64,000 bases of DNA from Candidatus Obscuribacteraceae bacterium (lineage in GTDB: Bacteria; Cyanobacteriota; Vampirovibrionia; Obscuribacterales; Obscuribacteraceae). The stretch lies in NCBI GenBank assembly GCA_044229845.1, contig JBGASG010000001.1, positions 864,001 to 928,000 of the forward strand, read 5' to 3'. How positions within the stretch are numbered: the first letter of the stretch is position 1; the number at the start of each line of letters is the position of its first letter. The translations under genes were made by a program, and so were the position numbers. This document shows positions 30,160-39,470 of this stretch, one piece after another. The notes under the pieces are model-generated. The model worked only from the letters and a program-made list of their open reading frames with translations, ran no database searches and was not told the DNA's origin.

Positions 30160-32796
30160 CTACCTGGAGGTGTACAGCGACCGGACGTAAGTCGCCAGGT
30201 CTGCGCGTTCTTGTTGTGTGAGGCGCAACGACCAGGGTGGCATCGATGTTCCCGGGACACCGTTGGCAATCACCTGCTCGGCGTATTCCTGCGTTGGTCG
30301 ATCAGTGAGGAAACTCGGAGGACGGCGCGGCAGCGTGGCGGCAGCCGGACCGTTGCCGTCGCCTCTCACTCCATGACACGACACGCAGTTTTGTGCGAAC
30401 AGCCTTCCACCTGAAATGTTCATAGCGACGTTGGGCGACGAACCATCCGGAGACGCGTGCTTTGCCGGCGACAAAGTCTGCACAAAAGCAATCAGATCCT
30501 CGATTTGACCTGGTGGCAGATCGCGCCATGCTGGCATCGCGGTTCCAGGCACGCCATTGAGTATGGCGTTGCCGATGCGGTCGTGCGAGAGGTTTTTGGC
30601 GGCGAGATCGGCGGGCTTGGGCAAAAGCAGTGCTGCGGCATCGCCATTTCCCTCGCCGGAGTATCCGTGGCAGGATGCGCAGTTCTGTTTGAAGAGAGTG
30701 CCGCCTCGACCAGTGTCGGGTGCGCCGGTACCGGTCGGCGGCGTGTATGTGACATTGTTGATTGCCATGTTGGCATTTGTATTGAGCGGAACGTCGGGAC
30801 TCTCGAGGTCTCGCACCTCATCCGGGCAGTTGCAGCCAGGTAGGGGACCGGCATTTGCATTACCAGACATAATGCGAGCGCGTCCGAGGGTTTTTACATA
30901 TGCCAGCAACGCTTGCCCATCTTTATTCGGCAAGGCGGCCGAGCCATCGAACAACCAGGGATAGCGGGGCATGTTCGATTGCGCCACCACCAGCCGCGGA
31001 TTGAATAGATGGACTCGCTGCCAGTCATCGCTGCGCACCGAACCTTCACGTGCCAGGTCCGGTCCTATCCGTCTGGTGCCCCAGAGTTGCGGGTAGTCGA
31101 AGGTTGTTTCCCAGGCGCGCGTTGGGGCACCAAATCGTTTGGCGTCCGCCAGGACGAAACGCACCTGTTGCGTGTGACAGTAGGCACAGCCCTCGCGGGC
31201 GTAAATGTTTCTTCCATGTTCTTCCTGCGCAGTCAGCGGCACCATGTCAGGTGGCTTGGTGAGTTTGATTTGCTGCGCCAACGCAAGACCGGGAGCGATA
31301 CCGAGCAAGGCAAAAGAAAACACGAACAACCCAAAGCCGGCTGCGAAGGCGCTGAGATACGCCATGCGTAACCAGGGGTGAGTTGACTGCGGAGGAGGTG
31401 TTTCCGATGCGGTGAAGATTGCGTCGCTCGCCCGTTCAGCACCTTCGTCAACTTCAGTTTTGTTGCCGGTGAAAAACGAGGCGAATAGCAGAACAAATCC
31501 GGCAATCAGAGGCACTGCCGACCAGGTGCGCCACACCCAGTATTGTCTGGATGCGCGCAGAGATTCCAGCCACGGCAGTCCGTCCTGCCAGAGTTGTGCC
31601 TGCGCCACGCCGGCGATGCTGAGGTCGACTACCATCCAGAGCAAGCCGACCAGCAACAGCCAATAGCAGTATTTGAATACTCGCGAATTGAACTTCATCT
31701 GCGGAGTCGCTTGCCACACGTAAGCCATGCCACCGATGGTGGTGAATGTGGCGAATCCCAGCATGGCCAGATGCGAGTGTCCAATGACCCAATCTGAGAA
31801 GTGCAGCAATTTGTTGACCGGCATCAAGGCTTGCATTGAGCCTTGCAGGCTGACGATCAGATAGGCGATGGTTCCGGTTTTTACAAACAGAAGCGGCAGG
31901 CTGCCGCGTATTTCAGCTTTGCGCATCGAGAGGAGCAGGTTGGACACGACGATAATCACGTCGATGCCGAGAATGACCGAGGCGATGATGGCACCTGTCT
32001 GCGCCTCCATGGGCAGTGCCGAGAAGACATAGTGGTGCGTGCCGTTCAACGGGTAGACGAAGAAGAGCAACCAGAAACCAAGCATCGAATAGAAGTGACT
32101 GAATATCGGGCGCTTGCTGACTGCCGGAATCACGAAATAAGCAATCGACAACACCAGCGGTGTCACATAGAGTCCGATCGCGTCGTGGATCCACAGACCA
32201 CTAAATGCAGCTCCCTGGGCTCCTGGCAAAAGCTCTGGCACGAGATTGCCGACGGGGTAGGCGAGCAATGTGAATATCAAGCCACCCAGTATGTACCAGC
32301 CGGAAACAAACAATTCGTGCAACCGCGAGCGCAAAAGCGGTATCACAAATTGTGCCACCATCAGTGCAAACGAAAGCACGATTACGCCATCGATGACCAG
32401 AGGAAACTCCGCCCACTCCAGAGCCTGGCTATGTCCCATCAGCATCAGCACTAACCCGCCGACAGTGGCGCAATTCCAGAGGGCGAAAAGGAACCATCCC
32501 AGCTTTGGGCTTGTAATCGAGCGACGCGCCAGCCTGGGCACCGCGTGATAGAGAAACATCAAGAAAGCGTTGCCGAGCCATCCAAAGAACACAGCTTGCG
32601 TGTGGCTATAGCGGATGCGTCCCCAGGTCATTGCCGCGCTGTTGGCGGCTACATCAGGCGAATGCAATTTCATCGCGGCGAGAACGCCGAATGTGGCGAC
32701 CAGCGCCAGCATCACAAATGCTGCTATGCCGTGAGCGCGTATCAGCCCGGTAGCAGTCGGTGGCGAGTCGAAATTGCCCTCTGCCTGATGAGTCAT
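30160..32796 (-). CDS. ccoN: cbb3-type (C-family) haem-copper oxidase, fused CcoN-CcoO plus two cytochrome c domains
   Basis: WGRIR.SH, WIHDAIG, Y...GTHH, HFSDWVIGHSH; CcoO EGCAYCHTQQVR, WG.RR.GPDL, S.MP; further CASCH and CVSCH. Confidence 0.88.
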   Translation of the reverse strand: MTHQAEGNFDSPPTATGLIRAHGIAAFVMLALVATFGVLAAMKLHSPDVAANSAAMTWGRIRYSHTQAVFFGWLGNAFLMFLYHAVPRLARRSITSPKLGWFLFALWNCATVGGLVLMLMGHSQALEWAEFPLVIDGVIVLSFALMVAQFVIPLLRSRLHELFVSGWYILGGLIFTLLAYPVGNLVPELLPGAQGAAFSGLWIHDAIGLYVTPLVLSIAYFVIPAVSKRPIFSHFYSMLGFWLLFFVYPLNGTHHYVFSALPMEAQTGAIIASVILGIDVIIVVSNLLLSMRKAEIRGSLPLLFVKTGTIAYLIVSLQGSMQALMPVNKLLHFSDWVIGHSHLAMLGFATFTTIGGMAYVWQATPQMKFNSRVFKYCYWLLLVGLLWMVVDLSIAGVAQAQLWQDGLPWLESLRASRQYWVWRTWSAVPLIAGFVLLFASFFTGNKTEVDEGAERASDAIFTASETPPPQSTHPWLRMAYLSAFAAGFGLFVFSFALLGIAPGLALAQQIKLTKPPDMVPLTAQEEHGRNIYAREGCAYCHTQQVRFVLADAKRFGAPTRAWETTFDYPQLWGTRRIGPDLAREGSVRSDDWQRVHLFNPRLVVAQSNMPRYPWLFDGSAALPNKDGQALLAYVKTLGRARIMSGNANAGPLPGCNCPDEVRDLESPDVPLNTNANMAINNVTYTPPTGTGAPDTGRGGTLFKQNCASCHGYSGEGNGDAAALLLPKPADLAAKNLSHDRIGNAILNGVPGTAMPAWRDLPPGQIEDLIAFVQTLSPAKHASPDGSSPNVAMNISGGRLFAQNCVSCHGVRGDGNGPAAATLPRRPPSFLTDRPTQEYAEQVIANGVPGTSMPPWSLRLTQQERADLATYVRSLYTSR

Positions 32797-33185
32797 TTCG
32801 GCGCCTCCGGCTTTCCTTTAATAGTAGCCAGATAATCAATGATTTCGTCGGCGTCGGCATCGGATATAGGTGCACCGTAAGTGGTGACCATCTTATGAAC
32901 GACTTTTGCCCATGTAGTTTTGGGGAAATTCGGCTGCATCTCGATATAACGCAGCGAATGGCAAATAGTGCAGGAGGCGGCAAACTTATCGTAGCCCTTC
33001 ATCTGCGGGAAGACGCCCTGATCTACGGGGAACTGGACATTACGTGCTTCCATGTAGTCTGCCGGCACATTTGCGTGAGCATCGGGCGCCACCGGAGCAG
33101 TACCGGCGGTTCTAGTGCTTGAACATGCCGATAACATCAGCACGGTGAAAACAGCTATGGGAAGAAGCGGCTGTCGGAGGTTCAA
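32793..33185 (-). CDS. sorB: SorB-like monohaem cytochrome c lipoprotein
   Basis: Lipobox LSAC; CTICHS..YI..QP...W...V.KM...YGAPI; TTG start overlaps the sorA stop. Confidence 0.82.
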   Translation of the reverse strand: MNLRQPLLPIAVFTVLMLSACSSTRTAGTAPVAPDAHANVPADYMEARNVQFPVDQGVFPQMKGYDKFAASCTICHSLRYIEMQPNFPKTTWAKVVHKMVTTYGAPISDADADEIIDYLATIKGKPEAPK

Positions 33186-34408
33186 ACGACTTTGACCTCC
33201 ACTTTCTCGATAACGTTTCGCATGTACCCACTGCGATTCCACTGCGGTATGTTGGTCTGCACGGCGCCCGAGTTGCTGGTGGCGCGCACGGCGAGTGTGT
33301 GCTGGCCGATGCTGTCCGGACGCCAATCAAAACGCCACTGCCTCCAGCTGTAGTTGCCCAGGTCTGGTCCAACCAGAGTTGCAGGCTTAAATGTATTGCC
33401 GCCGTCGGTGGATACATCAACCTGCTTTATGCCGGAACCGGCATCGAATGCAATTCCCTGACACTGGATTTGCTCGCCGGAGGAAACTGTGGCGTTCATT
33501 TCAGGTACCACGAATATCGACCGCAGGTTGAGCTTGTTGATGGGGACGGTGTCGGTCGCCAGTGTTTTCGGCAATTCATTGGCGGTGGCATTGTTCGGAA
33601 TGCGATATGCGGTTTTCATCCAGAAACTGTCCAGCGCGCCCGGCAAGACCGTTATCTCGGTCAGTGCTTTTACCCAGTATGTCGCGTACCAACCCGGCAC
33701 CACCAGGCGCAGCGGGAATCCGTTGAGCACCGGCAGCGGTGCACCGTTCATCTCATAGGCGACCATCACCTCGTCCGATAAAGCGTGGTCGACTTTCAGC
33801 GACTTGCAAAACTTCGGCATGTTGGAAAGTGGTGCTTCGTCAGTGCCGGCAAATGCGACTTCGACCGCACCAGATTTGATGCCGGCTTTCTTCAGCAAAT
33901 CCTTCAACCGCACTCCGGTCCAGCGTGCGTTGCCCATGGCGCCCTCACCCCACTGCCCGCCGGGTACTGGTGGGAGCATGCGGCTGCGAGAGTTGCCGGA
34001 ACACTGGCAGACAGCGGTGATCGTTGTTGGGTCGAACTGCTTGCGCAACTCTTCCATCCCGAGCGAGATCGGGTTTCCTACCAGCCCGTTGACGCTCAAG
34101 GTGAAACTCTTTGGGTCGATGCTGGTTTGAATGCCCGCATAGTGCCACCGCACAAAGAATGCATCGTTTGGTGTCAGCATTTCCTTGAAATAGTAAAGCG
34201 GCGTTTCCAACTGCGGCGGCCGTTCGGTGAGCATGATCAACTGCGCTTTCTCAGGAAACCGCGCGACAGTTTGCCCCGCCGGCACGTGAATTAGCGACTT
34301 CTCGGCGCGTTCTACACAGCCGGCCAGTCCAGACGCTGCTGTACCGGCGAGCGCAGCGATTCTCAGAAATGCACGCCTATCTAATCGAGCGCCGAGCAGC
34401 TCATCCAT
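33182..34408 (-). CDS. sorA: SorA-like sulfite:cytochrome c oxidoreductase molybdopterin subunit
   Basis: Tat RRAFL plus lipobox LAGC; RPPQLETP, FFVRWH, QCSGNSR, NGFPLRLVVPGWYATYWVK, WN..GY.RN. Confidence 0.9.
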   Translation of the reverse strand: MDELLGARLDRRAFLRIAALAGTAASGLAGCVERAEKSLIHVPAGQTVARFPEKAQLIMLTERPPQLETPLYYFKEMLTPNDAFFVRWHYAGIQTSIDPKSFTLSVNGLVGNPISLGMEELRKQFDPTTITAVCQCSGNSRSRMLPPVPGGQWGEGAMGNARWTGVRLKDLLKKAGIKSGAVEVAFAGTDEAPLSNMPKFCKSLKVDHALSDEVMVAYEMNGAPLPVLNGFPLRLVVPGWYATYWVKALTEITVLPGALDSFWMKTAYRIPNNATANELPKTLATDTVPINKLNLRSIFVVPEMNATVSSGEQIQCQGIAFDAGSGIKQVDVSTDGGNTFKPATLVGPDLGNYSWRQWRFDWRPDSIGQHTLAVRATSNSGAVQTNIPQWNRSGYMRNVIEKVEVKVV

Positions 34409-34419
34409 GCATCAACGTC

Positions 34420-36036
34420 TCACTCTGGTGGCAGTGCAGGTTTGGCCGCCGCGGCACACTCTCCGGTCTGTACCGGGAATCCTGCTTTTTGCCAGGCCGT
34501 GATGCCACCACGCAAATCGCTGACGTTCTTGAAACCCTGCTGGCGCAAAAGACTGGCTCCCAGGGACGACCGAAACCCGGTGGCGCAGTAAACCACAATC
34601 TCTTTGTCCTTCGGAACATCGGCGAGTTGTTGCTTCAGCACGTCAGCGATGTTTGTCTGCATCTGAATAAGCGGAATGAACAGCGAGTTAGCAATCTGCG
34701 CTTCGCCGCGTTCCGTTTTGGTCCTAATATCCAGCACTACCGGTGGTGTTTGGCCTTTAACCTCGCTTTCCAGTTGTTGCGCATCTGTGCGCGGCGCTTT
34801 CACAAGCGTTCCTTCTTCAAGTGAGAGCTGATCGATCGCGTCACTCAAAAATCCCGAATAGTTATCGAAACCGACACGGCCCAGACGCAGCGCAGCTTGT
34901 TTCTCCTTGCCAGGTGGGGCGATCAAAACAATCGGGATTTCGCGGTCGAGAAACGCTCCCGCCCACCCAGCAAACCGACCCGAGAGCGGAATGTTGAGAC
35001 TATCTACGAAGTGCACCTTGGCGTAGTCGTCGGCTTCACGTACATCCAATATCTGTGCGCCACCATTTTTAAGTCTCAAGAGTTGCTCGCGATTTAATGG
35101 CTTAAGCTTCTGAGCGACTACAGTTTCCAGCGAGGGATGTTTGCTCATGTTGAGCTTGGCGTCATAACTGAAATACTTCGGTGCCGGCGGTTGATCCGCA
35201 GTTACCAGCGCTATGAACTTATCTTTCTCCATCTCTTGCAGCGCATAGTTAGTCTTCTTCTGCTCGCCGATGGTTGAAACAGTTTCTGTGCTCATATTTT
35301 TGCCGCACAGCGACCCTGCACCATGCGCTGGGTAGACGAGCACCGCATCGTCCAGCTTCATCAGCTTGCTTCTCAATGACTCGTAGAGCATGCCGGCCAG
35401 TTGCTTGTCGGTATAACCCGATGATGCCAGCAAGTCAGGGCGACCCACATCACCGATGAACAATGCATCGCCGGTCAGTACCGCATACGGTGCTGCGTTA
35501 TCGGACGCGGCGCCGGTTGCACTCTGCTTATCGACAATCGCCAGCGAAATCGCTTCCGGCGTGTGCCCCGGTGTGTGTATGGCTCGCACCTCCAGTCCGT
35601 CGAAGGTCAGTTTGTCACCATCTTTGAAAGGAAGAAACTTGAACGCACCCTTTGCTTCCGAACCCATGCAAACCTGCGCGCCCGTGCGTCGCTGCAGTTC
35701 CAGGTGTCCGGCGACGAAATCGGCATGCACGTGCGTCAAGAACACGTGCGTGATTTTGAGTCCGTGTTTCTGAGCCGACTCTATGTACTTGTCGATGTCG
35801 CGTTCAGGATCGACAACAATCGCTTTGCCTGATTTGGTGTCGCCAATCAAATAAGATGCTTGCGACAGGCAAGGAAGATAGAACTGCTCGAAGACAATGC
35901 CTTTGTGCTTCGGCGCTTCCTTTACTTCAGCCACGCAAGAAACCGTCGCCAGCGCCGGCGAACACCAATGCGAAGTTCCAGCCATTCCGATGCCGAGAGT
36001 CAGCATTCCTACCAGCAACCCGACGACAGCGTGCAT
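34420..36036 (-). CDS. MBL-fold persulfide dioxygenase-like protein fused to two rhodanese domains
   Basis: THVHADF, TPGHT, TGD.LF.GDVGRPDL, PAHGAGSLCG, ST.G.Q; C-terminal rhodanese VYCATGFRS; GGAGG RBS. Confidence 0.88.
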   Translation of the reverse strand: MHAVVGLLVGMLTLGIGMAGTSHWCSPALATVSCVAEVKEAPKHKGIVFEQFYLPCLSQASYLIGDTKSGKAIVVDPERDIDKYIESAQKHGLKITHVFLTHVHADFVAGHLELQRRTGAQVCMGSEAKGAFKFLPFKDGDKLTFDGLEVRAIHTPGHTPEAISLAIVDKQSATGAASDNAAPYAVLTGDALFIGDVGRPDLLASSGYTDKQLAGMLYESLRSKLMKLDDAVLVYPAHGAGSLCGKNMSTETVSTIGEQKKTNYALQEMEKDKFIALVTADQPPAPKYFSYDAKLNMSKHPSLETVVAQKLKPLNREQLLRLKNGGAQILDVREADDYAKVHFVDSLNIPLSGRFAGWAGAFLDREIPIVLIAPPGKEKQAALRLGRVGFDNYSGFLSDAIDQLSLEEGTLVKAPRTDAQQLESEVKGQTPPVVLDIRTKTERGEAQIANSLFIPLIQMQTNIADVLKQQLADVPKDKEIVVYCATGFRSSLGASLLRQQGFKNVSDLRGGITAWQKAGFPVQTGECAAAAKPALPPE

Positions 36037-36175
36037 CGCATGTCCCTCCGCGATTCAGACTTACACCGATGTGCAAGGATATCGCAAAATCGCCGACCAA
36101 GCCCTAGTTTCCTGTCACGTTCGCCTCGTGCGGTGTTGTCAGGATAAGGCGCTGCGTATTCTGACTGGCAATGCT

Positions 36176-36868
36176 TCAGTGATGGGCTTTTTGCAGCTGT
36201 TTCTCAAGAGCTGTTGCTTCGTCCGTGCGCCCTTGTTGGCGATAGATTTTGGCGAGTGCCGCATATTCATCCGCGCTCATGTCAAACTTCATTGATTCGT
36301 ACGCGCCGGCACGCGGAAACTGCTCCGGCCTCAGCTGAGCAGTTTTCATATCGATCGACTTTTTATAGAGTTGAACGGCCTCGTCGTACTTCTTCTGTGC
36401 TGCCAGGTTGGCAGCAAGTTTGTCGGACTGCGACCAGTAGTTTGTCTGGAGTTGGTCTTTCTGCTGAGCATTTTGTTGGTGAGCCTGGAGAATGGTTCGC
36501 CTCAATGGTTCCGCAGCGGCGAACTTGCCCTGTGCTTCATAGCACTCTGCGAGTTGATCGAAATTCGGAGGGTCGGGCAGCCCGTTATTCATGTTTTTCT
36601 GAATCGCGGAGGGTACGTCCGACATCAACGCGTCATTCTTCCCGTAGATGCTGGTCCACAACTCTTCCCTGCGCTTCAGCACTGGCTCTGCCTCGGCGTA
36701 GTGCTCTGATACCATCAACTCCAAACCTTGCTTTTCCAGTTTTTCAAGTTCGGCACGCTGCTCCGGACCGTCCTCCACTTTTGTCGGCGTCACCTTTGTG
36801 ATCGCGCCACAGGAGGAAAGCAAAGTTGCCGCAAGCACCGCAATGGCAATGCTGCGTACCGCGATCAT
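36176..36868 (-). CDS. TPR lipoprotein
   Basis: Lipobox LSSC; LA..Y..QGK...AEPL repeats. Confidence 0.75.
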   Translation of the reverse strand: MIAVRSIAIAVLAATLLSSCGAITKVTPTKVEDGPEQRAELEKLEKQGLELMVSEHYAEAEPVLKRREELWTSIYGKNDALMSDVPSAIQKNMNNGLPDPPNFDQLAECYEAQGKFAAAEPLRRTILQAHQQNAQQKDQLQTNYWSQSDKLAANLAAQKKYDEAVQLYKKSIDMKTAQLRPEQFPRAGAYESMKFDMSADEYAALAKIYRQQGRTDEATALEKQLQKAHH

Positions 36869-36937
36869 GTTCTTGACGGGGAGCATACTCAACCTCGTTG
36901 GTGCGGCGGCGGAATTCAAATTGTACAGGAGCTAAGT

Positions 36938-37333
36938 TCAATCGACCCAGATCAGGCAACTTTCAACCTGTTCGTTCTTGAACTCAATGGTGAGCCAAAG
37001 TGTGTCAAAAAGGTAAGGACCCAAGTTATAAGTTAGACTTTCGGGACGTTGCTCAATGTGACACCCATCTTCTGGTCCGAGCAGCTCAATCACTTGCTGC
37101 CGATGTAATCCATGAAGTCGATGATTTTGTTTGATGTCCTCTGCCATGCATTCACGCAACTTGTTGCCGCCTGTGCGCCACTTGCCAGCGTCAAAAGCAA
37201 GTGGCGCGGGACTGTCTATCAGGTCTGAGAGGAATGCTTCCTCCAACATTCCGCTCGCGAACATGAAGATTACGCAGCAGAGCAGGAGCATGGTGTGCTT
37301 TACTCGAACATCAATTACCGGCGTCAGCAACAT
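36938..37333 (-). CDS. Hypothetical membrane-anchored protein
   Basis: TM helix, then FD...W...R..M..D....V..LLG.D. Confidence 0.6.
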   Translation of the reverse strand: MLLTPVIDVRVKHTMLLLCCVIFMFASGMLEEAFLSDLIDSPAPLAFDAGKWRTGGNKLRECMAEDIKQNHRLHGLHRQQVIELLGPEDGCHIEQRPESLTYNLGPYLFDTLWLTIEFKNEQVESCLIWVD

Positions 37334-37337
37334 CGGG

Positions 37338-38000
37338 TCAGCGAGACACGTAGACTTGGAACCGCTGGGGTTGACCTTGTTGCGCCGGCATTCCATACTG
37401 CTGTTGCTGCTGCATAGGCATTTCGCCGCCATATTGCTGTTGTTGCATTTGCGCTTGCTGCTGCTGCGCGCGCAATCCGAACGTGCGCATCGACGGCGGG
37501 TGGTGCTGTTGTGGTGGCGCCTGCTGCTCAGTCGCCGGCGTTTGTTCAGGCAGAGGTGGTGCCTGCTCCACCGGTGGTGCATAGTAATCGCGCATCGCTT
37601 TGTCCGATACACCCAACGACTGTTGGGCGGTGTTCATCAACAGGCGTTCTGCCGGAGACAGTTCACCCGATGGGTTATAGCCGCTTTCGTTATTGGCGGA
37701 CCTCACAAAACTGGAGAGCATAAAGACCGTGATCAGAGCTGCTCCGATTAGCACGCAGTAAGCTTTAGCCTGATTCTGCCGACTCTGTTCCAAAAACAAG
37801 GGTATCGGCTCGTCATATCCGAGCACCCAGTTCCACTTTTTTTGCGGGTACTGCGCGGCAAGCTTGTCGCCCTCTGACCCATATAAAGATTCGCCCCGCT
37901 TATAACCGAAAACGCGCAGCAGGTGTTCCTTAACAGTAGGAACACGAATGTCCTCATCCGGACGCTGTGTAGTCTGCCCACTAGTCGTGGTGTGCTGCAT
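37338..38000 (-). CDS. Hypothetical membrane protein with Gln/Pro-rich tail
   Basis: One TM helix, poly-Q C-terminus, RBS before ATG 38000. Confidence 0.6.
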   Translation of the reverse strand: MQHTTTSGQTTQRPDEDIRVPTVKEHLLRVFGYKRGESLYGSEGDKLAAQYPQKKWNWVLGYDEPIPLFLEQSRQNQAKAYCVLIGAALITVFMLSSFVRSANNESGYNPSGELSPAERLLMNTAQQSLGVSDKAMRDYYAPPVEQAPPLPEQTPATEQQAPPQQHHPPSMRTFGLRAQQQQAQMQQQQYGGEMPMQQQQQYGMPAQQGQPQRFQVYVSR

Positions 38001-38140
38001 GTTCACTTCCCTTGCCTCCAACCACGGCAGGGACGGGGATTGCCAGCCAAAATAGTACCCCAAGACGACCCCAGCCGTCTTTCGTAAAACCAGCACTGAG
38101 CCGGCTCCGGCTGATTAGTCCTGTCTCAGCATTGGCGGCG

Positions 38141-38416
38141 TCAGCCCGATTTGAGCATGTCCATGAAGAAGTTATAGAGCGGGGCGGCAGGTCTGAAACC
38201 AGCCAGGTGACCGCCAAAAGCCACAGTGCCCAGCAAACCGCAAACTATCCAGGCAATGGAGAGCATGGATGCCTTCTTCCCGGTGTAGGTCTGCTTGGTG
38301 TAAAACGCCATACTCTGACCGGTGACCTCACCGGTTTGCAGTCCCATAACGCCGTACAGCGTCAGCACTATCGAGAGGACGAGCCCTCCCACCGGAATAA
38401 TGGTGTCGAAGTTCAC
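38141..38416 (-). CDS. Small membrane protein
   Basis: Two TM helices, strong GAGGAGG RBS. Confidence 0.7.
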   Translation of the reverse strand: MNFDTIIPVGGLVLSIVLTLYGVMGLQTGEVTGQSMAFYTKQTYTGKKASMLSIAWIVCGLLGTVAFGGHLAGFRPAAPLYNFFMDMLKSG

Positions 38417-38710
38417 TGTCTAACGGTGCCTCCTCGCCGAGACACTCATTATATCGGCACACGCAGCCGGTAGATTGTCGTGTAGATGATGCTCGACGTC
38501 CCGACTGAAGGGATATGGTGCTGAAGGCGAGAAGTCGCACCATGGGCTGACACCATTGGCGGTATCAACCGAAGAGATGACTGAATACATTGCATTGCTT
38601 CGGGTGTCAGTCACTCCATGGTGGCAGGTGTGCTGAATTTAAACTTTTCGGCGGGTAGAACTCCCCTAATATCGGCGTCGCTCAGGTCATTACCCTTGTT
38701 GTAGGACGTT

Positions 38711-39460
38711 GTGATGACAAGCGAAAAGAGCCGGTTTCTGGTCCAGCTACTGATGCCAATGCTGCTGAGCGCGCAATTTGCGCCTGCTGCGTTTGCTGGA
38801 GATTTGCCGTCCCTGCAAAAGCAAGAAGCTGCCGTCGATACGCAAACTGCCGCGGAGGATGCGCCGGCCGCAACGCCGACCTTGAAGGGCGCAGTTGAAA
38901 AAGGGGATGCGCTCGGTTCAGCATCTTCTGCGGATGCTGGAACACTGCAGACGCAACCGGCCAGCCCTGCCGATCGAGCCGCCAGACGTGAAGCGGCATT
39001 GAAGAAACTGGCGCTGCGCGCCAAACTCACCTCCGACGACTACCGCGACCTCGGCATTGGTGTTCTCGGATACGACAGCGACCGCACCTACTTCACCCAG
39101 TTTGCCAAAATTACGGTGCTGATTCCCGGATGTCCGGCTGAAAAGGCGGGAATTAGATTGGGCGACCTGATAGTCGTAGATGAGGAGGAAGCAGAGGACG
39201 CGGGCATCAAAGATCCCTCAATTCCGACCTGGGTTTTTAGCTGCGGCGTCGAAGGGCAAGCCGTGGATCTGACCATCAAGCGCGGCGACGAACTTCTGCA
39301 GTTTCACCTGGTGCGCATGAACATGGAAGATGTCCCCGATCCGCATGCCAGACATCAATATGAACAACTGGTACGGCAAACCGGACTCAGCCAGGGACAG
39401 GTTGAAATCAATAAACCTGTGTCCGTTCCTGCTACGCTCCGGACGCTGCTCGGTCTGTAG
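38711..39460 (+). CDS. Secreted stand-alone PDZ domain protein
   Basis: GIGVLG, PGCPAEKAGIRLGDLI, V.LTIKRG; signal peptide. Confidence 0.8.
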   Translation: MMTSEKSRFLVQLLMPMLLSAQFAPAAFAGDLPSLQKQEAAVDTQTAAEDAPAATPTLKGAVEKGDALGSASSADAGTLQTQPASPADRAARREAALKKLALRAKLTSDDYRDLGIGVLGYDSDRTYFTQFAKITVLIPGCPAEKAGIRLGDLIVVDEEEAEDAGIKDPSIPTWVFSCGVEGQAVDLTIKRGDELLQFHLVRMNMEDVPDPHARHQYEQLVRQTGLSQGQVEINKPVSVPATLRTLLGL

Positions 39461-39470
39461 ACCCCGATCG

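Noticed and set aside
30160..32796. Nitric oxide reductase assignment for the haem-copper protein
   Set aside because: It retains the C-family helix VII Tyr and a CcoO domain, and lacks the NorB HLWVEG motif
38420..38614. 64-aa minus-strand ORF
   Set aside because: No motif and only a weak RBS; cannot be supported from sequence alone
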